Under the pieces are notes generated by a model that was given only the letters and a program-made list of their open reading frames with translations, was not told the DNA's origin and made no database searches. The position numbers were made by a program, and so were the translations under genes. From Trichoplax adhaerens (lineage: Eukaryota > Animalia > Placozoa): 64,000 bases of DNA. Positions within the stretch are counted from its first letter, which is position 1; the number at the start of each line of letters is the position of its first letter. Positions 39,888 through 53,095 of the stretch are shown one piece after another. Where the stretch lies: positions 3,433,172 through 3,497,171 of the forward strand of contig NW_002060945.1 in NCBI RefSeq assembly GCF_000150275.1, read 5' to 3'.

Positions 39888-40700
39888 ATGCTTCAAAAAG
39901 TTCCTTTTGTAAAAATGCATGGTCTCGGTAATGATTTTGTTATTGTTAATGGATGTCATATGCCTAAAAGCTCGGATATTCACAGCTTTGCAAAGGAGAT
40001 TTCTGATAGAGAACTTGGTGTAGGTTGTGACCAGTTTATTATTTATAGACAAGACAGTGATAAAATAAATATGACGATTTACAATCAAGATGGGTCTGGT
40101 GCAAAAGCTTGTGGAAATGCATCAAGGTGTTTAACTAGATTATTATTTGATCATACAGGAGCTAAAAATATAAAGCTTGATGTTGATGGGAGGGTTGTTT
40201 CTGGCAAGTATATTGATAAAAATACAATAAAAGTGGATATGGGTCCGCCATCATTTGAAAGTAGCTGGATGCCTGATAGCACTGACTTGTGCTCACTTGC
40301 AGAGCGTTATATGATCGAGCCTAAAGAGATGATATGTGTTGATGTTGCTAATCCACATTTAGTAATTTTTTCTAAACTTTCGAAAAAAGATATGGGGATG
40401 ATTGGTAATGATTTCCAAAAATGTGAGCTGTTTCCAGATGGCGTAAACGTTAATTTTGCTAGGATTGAAGACAACAAGATCAATTTAACGGTTTGGGAAA
40501 GAGGTACTGGCTTTACTTATGCTTGCGGAAGCGGTGCTATTGCAACTTTTGCCGCTGCAAATAAGCTAAGTTTTTTCGGTGATGAGGCTGAGATAGTCTT
40601 TAAACTCGGTTCTTTAAAAATGCAAAAGCAAAATGATAGTGTTTTAATGAGTGGGCCAGCTAGCTACGTATTTACTGGAGAGTATTTGTATAGCCAATAG
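39888..40700 (+). CDS. dapF: Diaminopimelate epimerase, bacterial (Rickettsia-like), intronless, 270 aa
   Basis: FVKMHGLGNDF, GVGCDQ, NQDGSGAKACGNASRC (first catalytic Cys), NPH, VNVNF, WERGTGFTYACGSGA (second catalytic Cys) and MSGPA; ORF is uninterrupted. Confidence 0.97.
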   Translation: MLQKVPFVKMHGLGNDFVIVNGCHMPKSSDIHSFAKEISDRELGVGCDQFIIYRQDSDKINMTIYNQDGSGAKACGNASRCLTRLLFDHTGAKNIKLDVDGRVVSGKYIDKNTIKVDMGPPSFESSWMPDSTDLCSLAERYMIEPKEMICVDVANPHLVIFSKLSKKDMGMIGNDFQKCELFPDGVNVNFARIEDNKINLTVWERGTGFTYACGSGAIATFAAANKLSFFGDEAEIVFKLGSLKMQKQNDSVLMSGPASYVFTGEYLYSQ

Positions 40701-40779
40701 TTAACAAGTCATTACGTTTGGCTGTCGTTTTAATATTTATGACAGAGAGATTATCAAGGATAATTTATTAAAATCTGGT
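40690..40779 (+). pseudogene. mtaB: 5' stub of a bacterial MtaB/MiaB-family tRNA methylthiotransferase, overlapping the dapF stop
   Basis: Reads (ATA)[28 protein letters not shown], carrying the TFGCRxNxxE/D N-terminal motif. No ATG at the expected start, one in-frame TAA, truncated after about 30 codons. Confidence 0.8.
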
Positions 40780-41195
40780 AGTGATGCATATCCTAGTAAT
40801 GTATTTTATTTGTATTCAAGGCTACTTAAGCGCGCTGCTAAATTATCCAATGAAAAAGCTGATGGATCACTGAAAGCATTGCCAGTTGTTGATGCGCGAG
40901 CTGCTGATGTATCTGCTTATATTCCTATAAATGTGATCTCCATTACTGATAGTCAGGCTTTTTTTTTGAAAGAGAGTTATTTCATAAGGATCTAGTGCCA
41001 ACTGTAAATCTTGGTATATCGGTCAGACGTGTTGGTTCAGCTGCGCAGATTAAAGTAATTGAAAAAGTTGGCTCAATGAAACTGAAACATGCTCTATTTA
41101 GAGAGATGGGAGCGTTTGCTTAATTTAAGTCCGATCTAAATACATCAACACAACTAATTAGGCATGATTAGAAATTGGCAGAGCTTTTAATACAA
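40774..41195 (+). pseudogene. atpA: Internal fragment of F1 ATP synthase alpha subunit, decayed
   Basis: [21 protein letters not shown]…GSLKALP…[17 protein letters not shown], frameshift in a T-run at ~40960, then [29 protein letters not shown]…[13 protein letters not shown]…*KLAELLIQ. Substitutions at normally invariant residues and two stops. Confidence 0.92.
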
Positions 41196-42824
41196 GTAAA
41201 TTTATTTTTGATTAAAAGGACGTTAGTTCTAAGAAGGAGAAGTTCAAGAATAAATAATTTAAGTATATGAAAGTAATTGAGACATTTTCAAATTCATTCT
41301 CTAATTTCTTTAGAAATCCAAAAAGCAGTCTCACATTAGGCAAGTTTGTTTGGTTTTTTATATATTGTATCTTTACATTATACCCTAGCCAAGCAATTGA
41401 TAGAGTACTGTAATTGGTTTTGGTAATTTAGATACTCAATTGATGCCAAGAGTTGGAGTTTATATTCAAGAATTTGGTGTTCAGCGTTTTGTAATTGTTA
41501 CTTAATATTGATAGTATTGATTACAACAATAATATTTAAAATGATTGATATTCCACTATATTACTTTCCGCGAAGTTATATAACATATGTAGTAATGGTA
41601 AGTAAAACTCAATATACTATTACTGGAATGATACTTGCTATATCTGCAGTACGCAGTTTTGTTACCGTTAATGTTAGAATGACAATATACGCTGAGCTAT
41701 GTATTGATATAAGTTAAAATTTAAAAATCGTATTTTACAGGAGATGAAGAAGTTAAGGAATAAATAGACTTAACATTCATCATTAAATTAATCAATATTT
41801 AAGAACAGAATGCAATCAATATAAATAGTTACTCTATCACTGATGGCATATTTTTCTTTACTGATCTTATGTATATGCACATAATAATATAAAGACCTAA
41901 CTTGTAAAACAAGTTAATTTAGTGATAATCATCGCGTTAACTTATGGTTTATTTGGATCCCAAATTTTTATCTAATCGTGAAAAATAAAAATAGAGATAT
42001 ACTGCTAGCCTAAAAATTATGCAGCAGTGGATGAATAAAATAATGGAAAATTTATCCTTTCAGAAAATTATACTAGAGCTGCAGAATTCTTGGTAAGATC
42101 ACGGATATGCAACTTGGTTGGAGGGACGGGTGTGCCTTTGATCTGCTCGCGATTTCATTCCTATATTGTACTGTATTGTATCCTATATTGCCGTACATTC
42201 ATAATGGGAGATTGTAGATATTTCTCCTTTAATATATAGTTAATGGATTGGTTATTGAGATGTTCCTGCTTCTAGATCCCCCCCCTAGTATCTAGAAGCA
42301 AGGACCAACTGCTAGAAGTCCATGCAATAAATAGGCATAGAATGCGTAAAGCCGAGCGGACAGTACAGACGATACTAGGTATCAAGTCTGCCACACTATT
42401 AATAATATACGTACCTGAACATGGCCTAAAGTAGCAAGATATTAACTGCAACATTAAATGCTTACTGTCTTCGGCTAGATATCCATATAAATTCTATATA
42501 CATACTCAAACATGGTATACCACATACTCTGTAAAGTAGAATATGATCCTGTCCGGTGTCATCATATCCGATCGCTATTTTATTTATTTAAAGCCTTTTG
42601 GCCTGTAGATAGAGCCAAGCTAAAGATGCAAGAAATGCATACTATCTCGACGTCTGGATCAAGTTAATGCCCCTAATGTAGCATTTTCTTTCTAATTTCT
42701 CTATTAGCATTGCTTTCATCGCCCAAGAAAAGGGATTACTTAGATGGTGTTTTAATCGATGCATCTCAGCCTTGTATAATTTACACGTATTCGTATATAG
42801 CATAGAATAATCACTACTTTAGTC

Positions 42825-45502
<2,678 letters not shown>

Positions 45503-46099
45503 AACTCATAGTAATTAAGACCCACAGCCCAAATTCAATTCACCTAATTTATTCTTTCAAAGAACATTTTGGTAACGTTACCCAGGTTAAAAATTTCGGT
45601 AGTTTAGGTTAAATTTAAATTATTTCGATTTATCTATCAGGCTTTTTTGATACTATTACCACTTGTCAATACTGATTTACACCCTTAGATACTAGATCTC
45701 TATTTTTATTGTACATCTCTGGTCATTTACGTGTATAATTCTGTTGGCAATAAAATTATAAAGATCTACTTTATGAAATAGATTGGTTTTCTCAATTTTA
45801 CAACTTTGTAAATTAGCAATATCTTTCTACTGTATATAATCGATTTGGTAGTTAGTTCATAATTGTTCTACTTTTAGGTAACCTAGAATTAGAAATTACC
45901 GGTAGTTCTACAAATCAGATATCTTAAGGCACAGCGTGTTCTATGATGTTAATATTAGCAAAGTGATAATACAGATGCCATCTGTTTACTTCAACAACTG
46001 ATGACAGGAATATCTTTGTTGCTAAGCGAATGTGTTATTTACTCCATTTGAATACTACTATATCCTCTATCCTCTATAAAGAATTCCCATCATTAATGT

Positions 46100-48940
46100 A
46101 TCTTTTAGAGATTCTGCCATATCTCAACAGCTGTATCAGCATTCATACCCATACAGCATAGTAAAACTTTTAATATCTTGGTAGGAGTAACCTATTTGCT
46201 TTACGATACAATTATTAGGACCATCCAATCAATAGTTTTGTTATCGAAATAAATTGAACTATTTTGTAAGTTAATAATATCTATCAACCTAAACCTGAAT
46301 CCTGATTCCATGTCAAGATAGTACAAACCGACAATCTCAGCTACACATTCAATTGTTATAGGGATAATATGAGTAATCTCTTACTCTGGTAGCTTGCTTA
46401 AAATTAAGTTGCAACTCAATCGATCAATAATTAATATCTCTGGCAGCTGAATCATTTCATAAAGGATAGCTAGAATGATCTTTCGTTATATAACCTAGTT
46501 TAATTATAATTAGACAAATAATTACTAATCAATTATATATTTATTCACCTAATCCAATGATTACCTTAACTTCTTGCTTAATTATTCGCCGTCGATATTT
46601 AATGTTTTGACCCATTCCATTGTAATATAAATTACATGATTTTCTTTTTATATTCCAGGGATTCGCTACATTATAATCAGCTATTGATCATTGTAATATT
46701 GTTAACATTTTAGCAACTTGTTGAAATAAAAATCTGACACCAATAATGACCAGGCTGATTGGTGCAGACTCGCCCATTTTGCACAATTTACTGCTTTCTA
46801 CGTCAAAACAAAACCGTTGAGAAGTTAATACAAACTATGTTAGGCTTGATTATAAACATAATCTAATCAATGATTATATCATACTATCGCTGAGAGTCTA
46901 AGAGTTCCAATGTGTTAAACCTAATCCATTTAGTTTACTAGATATTCTCTCGCTTAAAGAGAATCTGCTATTTAATCAGTATAATCCACCTTATATGAGG
47001 AGTAATATCTCTAAGTGCTTTTAAAGCGAGCGAATTACTTCATTCCAGTTCGAATCAGCTGTGAGAGAAATTATTTAAAGTGCAGTTCATTCGTCTGTCT
47101 ATTAATCAATCACAGTCTTGGTTGTTATTTTGAATAGTTAAATATGGCACATAATAAGAGTGTAAATTTATCCTGTTTTCCCCACGTGATAAAAATTAGC
47201 ACATTGGATTAAAAATGACTATCCCATGTTAGTTAAGGTTGGAATTAGATATGAACTATATTTAGTCGAGTTTACAATCTTTACCGGATAGAAATCCACG
47301 TATAAATTGAAGACTGATCGGTATACACAAATTAGATGCCCTATAGGTAATAGCTGGTGAAGAAGAGAATAAAAAGAGTTCTAATTCTTGACAAACCCTC
47401 AAGCAGGTTTATTTAATTTTCAAATATTATGATGATGATGGCAATGATGTAAACATGGAGATCAAGTTCTTAATAATCAAAGCGTGATTAATTTTATGCT
47501 ATATTCTGATTTATCACTATAAGTACCGTAATTGAAAGCAAGTTTACTTTAGTTTAACCTGACGAAAGTTAAGGTTTTCAGCTAAAAATTAAAAATGATG
47601 AAAGGTTTTTATCACTCGACAAGATGCTAGCTATCGTTGCTACATTATTCTAGATCAGTGCTGATCAAAAAGGCTTCATTATCTCTTTCTCAGGTGCTCT
47701 CTACGTCGATAATTGGCATCAAGCTTACTGAAAATTGTCGGCCAAAATCTACCCAAGGAGCCTATATTTCACAACTCAAGACTAAGTTAACTGTCTATTC
47801 TCTACTTTAAAATAATCTTAAAAGTGTTAAAAAAGATGAACAACGGTCCATATGAAGAGGTAAGATTCTTACCAATACATTGGGTAAACTTACCTTTTCT
47901 GATCCTACGCATCTTCATGGAACACGATGATTCTATTTCTGATCTACAAAACAGAATAAATTACATCAGTAGATTTTTTTATGAATTGAACATTTCCAAA
48001 CTGATGATGATAGCTTATCAACAAGCATAACATATTTTGAATTCCTTATCCAATACGGATGATGGCGCTATGAAAATCATCCTTGATATTCCTACTGATT
48101 ATTTCCACCAATTAGTATTCTCTATTGTATATGAGAAACGAAATGATAAAATAAGAATCGATTGGTAAATGATACCAAGAGTTGAAAGCTGGTTTTTATA
48201 ATGTTATTTCCGTTGAGTTTCAACCAGGGTAAAGCATTCCTTACAACTTATATATTTTGTGTCGATATGATTTCAAGCATTTCTGTCAATCATTATACAA
48301 TTTGTTTCAAGTTATACTAGGAGCCAAGTATTTGTTTTTCAATCGCTTTTTCTGGTTAAGGTTTAACCAGAGTAGTAGGGTGCGATTCTTTTGTGGGTAT
48401 AAATGACGTCGAAATTTTCGTTAGTTGGTATAAAAATTAGTTTTTGAATTTTTTGCCTTAAGAATTTTAGAAACATTTTTCCGTTAGGTTTTGAATTACG
48501 GTAGAGTACTATTTACGCGTACAGGGTCATATACTCGTACAATATGGCGTAAGCTAAATATGGCGTAGTCTTTATACCAGAATTTTTCGCCAATTAGCCA
48601 GTATTCAATAGCTCATCGCATGATGGATAAAAGATATGACAATTTTTTTCTAATTATTTGCTAAAGAGTTGTAAAATGTTTTACGATCGTTACAACTTCC
48701 GTTCACCTTAACACATAGTAATATGTTTCTTTTAGGCCATAAATGGCATTGACGTTATTGCAGTTTCGTAGCTTTATCACAGCATTAAATTCGTTTTCTA
48801 AAATTACCTGAGGATTGTAGACTCATTCGCAACTTTCCGTTCAATTTTTAACCTGGATAAAAATATTTTACCAATATGAACTGATCTTGAACCGAACCCT
48901 TGACACATCTACGCGTAGTTAGCGCTGATAATATTAGAGA
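46100..48940 (-). pseudogene. Possible heavily decayed gene with EGF-like and F5/8 type C (discoidin)-like motifs
   Basis: After single-base frame corrections: C(K)NGRVCTNQPGHYWC (46786..46734), IGG…QG…YWI(K)EFKICY (48118..48025), IKSFTMLYG…WQ (~46200..46110) and ISALTT…QGFG (~48935..48860). No open frame. Confidence 0.3.
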
Positions 48941-50219
48941 TATATTTTCGTCAACTAGTACAGTATTCGATAGTTTACTGTAAGAGAAGGAATCGGTATC
49001 AGAAACTCGTTTTCATATCATAGCAAGACTTGAAGATTGTTAAATCCTCGTTCTTTTCAGTTAGGTTTTAATAACTAAGATGAAAATATTTTATATGATG
49101 CATAGAATGAGTCGTATTAAAGCCATTCTAGGCGATACCAACTAATCTTCGTATTCGCCTTATCCAAGATAACTCATAAATCATAAAGGTTGTTTTTTTT
49201 ATCAGCTCTGACTTTCGTATTAACTTTAATTAACAGAATCCATAAGTCATAATGGTTGCCTTGAAGCAACGAATTAGATACGAAATACCTCTGAATCACA
49301 CTAAAATCGTTTAATGTAGCTCTTAAGAGTAGAATTGTTTTGAATTATTACCACCTAATGTACACGTGTATCAAGTTACCTTCAATCTCAATCACTATTC
49401 GATTTCATCCTTGCAAATTTCAGATTTCATGTTGAATTGTAGTAGTCTTTAGCATTGAATAGCTTATTACTGTAACTTTTGTGATCCTAGATCATAAAGA
49501 TCGGCAAAAAAATGCAGTTTATTAGTGGTATATGGATGTTGAAAGCTTTAAGTTAAATATTCGAGTAAAGTGGGGAAATAGATGGCTTATTTTATAATAT
49601 TATTGGATGTTACTTTCAAGAATAAATTTCAAATTCGTTTAAACGTAACAAACTTTAAGAATTTACGACAAATCTTGTAATTTCATTAATTGAATCTAAG
49701 CCTCAATGTTAGCTCTTAAAATTAAATTTTTTATCCACGTAGCAAGGATATACGGTAATCTAAAACTTATTACTGAATATCTAAGCAATAGCGCAGAATG
49801 GTTTACTTTTAATTTTAGTCCATTAGTCAGTTTGTTATAGATAATTTTTAAACACTTTCAACAATGCGTTCACTTGTCTCCGTTGTAACAGTAGAATTTA
49901 CACTATTAAAATGAACCATGCGTAGCTCGATTCTTGCCTTCTCATATACTGGAAAGATATAAGGTATTAGATGTAAGTATATATAATATCCTAGGCTTGT
50001 GAAGCAGGAATGAGCATCTCTATTCTTATGATGACATTAGGAATAGTTACAACCCTTTCACCCTAAAATAATTGCGCAATTCAATATCTTTAAGACTCAT
50101 CGTGGCAGCAGAATTTTAGAGCAGTATTTTGCAATCTAACAGTGACATAATTGAAAAAACATCTAAATTACAGGATGATCTTTAATATATTTTCTTTATT
50201 ATTCTTAATCATTGTATAG

Positions 50220-52388
50220 TATTATACCCCGAATTATAATCCAGCACAAAGAGTACCAGTTAATGATGACAATTTACCTCAAGAAGAATCTGAACCGAGC
50301 TGTTTATCTTTGCAACCACCAAAACCTGCAGCAATGCCGGCAGTGGTTCCTTCGCCACTTCCAACTCCGGTACCACCTCTGTCACCTTTAGAGCCAAATC
50401 CTGAATCTGAATGTGTGACAGATATCGTCCCACAAATACAGTGAGTATAGTGCAATAGCTGCATCGTATTATTTGAAAAAAAGGTATTGTAAAATTAAAA
50501 TCCACAACCAATTGGATACAATAGAATCATTCTCTATAAAAATACTATCGTAGGAGGCAAATGGCTTAAATTAGAATCTGAAGGTTTATACTGTTGGCAC
50601 AATAAGCAATAGCAAGCGAGATATCTTACTTATGATACTCAGAACAACATATTGCATGCATAGATAACTTTAAAATTATAAGCAATTGTTGTTTATCGCT
50701 GGTATAGAATGGGCATAGGAAATAAGATCACGCTTATAATATAACTTATGCTATATAAGAAATATTATTTCGTACACTACATATTCCTGCAGAAAGAGGA
50801 TATTATAGTCCAATTATAATTGAAAATTTTGTTTAGTAGTTAAAAAGAGCTATTAAAACGAGGAATATCTCATTTATAATACCAAAATACTTCTTTGTGT
50901 GCAAAATTTAAAGAAACACTCATATTTTAAGACTATAGTAAGAGCGAAAACTTTTTACAGCAGCTACAGTAAGCAACAGGACATAAATATAAAATATATT
51001 ATATAGAATACTAGAAATTTTCCACCTGAATAGAGAATGAAATATATATTTTAAAATAATACTTAGCCATTGCATATAGTAGGTACAATGCAAGTAATAG
51101 CAAACGAACATAACATCATCTTTATGATGCTAGGAACGTTGTTTCAACATTTAACCTGAAATGTAGCCTGAAACTGCGAGATATTGCTTCAAAAGCTAGA
51201 AATGCTGAATATAATCCAAAAGTAACCGTCGTGATGTATAATAATGGCAATTTATATCCTGCTAATATATTTAAGCTGATATATGTAAATTATAAGCTTA
51301 GTGTTTATTCAAGTCGCGATCTTATTTATCTAGCGTTTTGCTGCGTTAATTATGAGGATAAGAGACCCAAAAACTACAGCCTTAATATTTAGCTCCGGAA
51401 AGATTGTTTGTGCAGGAGCTAAAAGGTATCGGACCCTAATGATTTCAATAATTGAGCTTGCATATTGAAATGCACTTTGTAGAGTAGTTTATAATGCTTT
51501 TTACAGGCCATTTGATGGATTTACACTTTTTCTTTGTAGCCCCGAACTATCTCGTTTAGCAGCGAGAAAGCATGCACGGATTATTCAAAAATTGGGATAT
51601 CCTGTAAGTGCAGGATAGGATAATAGCAATAGCCTCCATTTGTATATTACCATAGAAGCCGAAATGTTGCCTAACCCTAGTATTTATGACCCTATAAAAG
51701 GCAAAATTCACCCAATTTCAAATTCAAAACATCGTTGGTAGCTGTGACGTTAAATTTCATATTAGCCTTGAAGGTTTGGTTGTAACGCACTCACACTTTT
51801 GTAGGTAAAGAACAAGACTGTATGTAAATGCTTTCTCAATTAATAGATTTCGATAGAGCGCTATGACGATATAATAATTTTGGGTCTGTAACATCTATAG
51901 TTATGGTGTAATTGGATATAACTGACGTATTGTACTATATCTAATATTACAGCTATGAACCAGAGTTATTTCCTGGTTTGATTTATCGGATGGTTCAACC
52001 AAAAGTCGTTCTTTTGGTTTTTGTCTCAGGCAAAATCGTTCTCACCGGTTGGCATTCTACAGCGCTAATCTATCGTTAAATTACCATACCAATAGATAAT
52101 ACTCATTTCTTATAATTTCATATTCAATTAACTGTACTTACTTTACTGAGCTACCGGATCTGCAAATTAATACATAAAAAAATTACATTCATGCATTACT
52201 CATGTGATCAACTTTTATACTAATAATGATATGGAGATGAACAAGAATGACATTAACAACTCTTCTCTCTATTAGGAGCTAAAGTTGAGGAAGATATTCT
52301 TGAAGCATTCAAGAAAATTTATCCAATGCTAAGAGCATTTATGAAACCACAAAAGCCGTCTAATGATAACCAGCTTGTAAAAACTTAA
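50220..52388 (+). CDS. TBP: TATA-box binding protein family member (TBP-type core, divergent); first exon not located
   Basis: Spliced core IVPQIQ|NVVSTFNL…ARNAEYNPK|[31 protein letters not shown]…[12 protein letters not shown]…[32 protein letters not shown]|AK; Pro-rich N-terminal exon 50220-50440; stop at 52386-52388. Confidence 0.9.
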
Positions 52389-53095
52389 ATTGATTAAAAT
52401 ACTTGCACATAGTAAATCTCTATTTTCACGAGTACAGTTCTATTTACTTTATATTGCACTCATAGGGTAGCTGCAAAATCTGAATTAGGTTATAAAATTT
52501 TATAAGTAAATTATCCCCTTCCAATTCTATTTAAATTACGATATCGCATTTATAGGCAAGCAGAGAACTTTATTTGCATTATAAAAATTATTTCTTCAAT
52601 ACATTTTACAGCTAGAAAATCATTTATTATTTAGTTTTCCTACAATATTTATTAAGGTATTAAATTAATTTACATCAAAGATCTTAAGTAAAAGTTATTA
52701 ACGAATTGAGTGGTACGGCATAGTACTCGTACATCATTGAACCTAGACTCATAATAAAAATTAATTAAACAGTGGCAGGTATGAAAATTTTAAGTTGGTT
52801 ACTTCGACAGAAAAAAAATTATTGAACTAGTTTGTTTTAAACAATTTACATGGTCAGCAGAAGTGATATTCAATAAAGATATAATGTACTTAATGAAAAT
52901 GGTCTTTTATGACTGATAAAATTAAAATAGGTATGATTTATTACACTACTTACAGATTCTAATTCTTAGATCTGTATGAAAATAACATCAATGATAGCAA
53001 TATTATGCAACAGATATTACATTATGCTTTATGACTATCGTTAAATTTACGATAACCTCAAACGCCTCATACGCAGTTACGTCGAATCCAGTCAT

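Noticed and set aside
39876-40088. Minus-strand 70-aa ORF
   Set aside because: Antisense shadow of dapF.
40810-40995. 61-aa ORF as a functional atpA or a mitochondrial insertion
   Set aside because: It is an internal, mutated, frameshifted fragment. Animal mitochondrial genomes do not encode atp1, and it is fused to a bacterial mtaB stub.
50260-50511. Gly-rich and other minus-strand ORFs
   Set aside because: Antisense to the Pro-rich TBP exon on the + strand.
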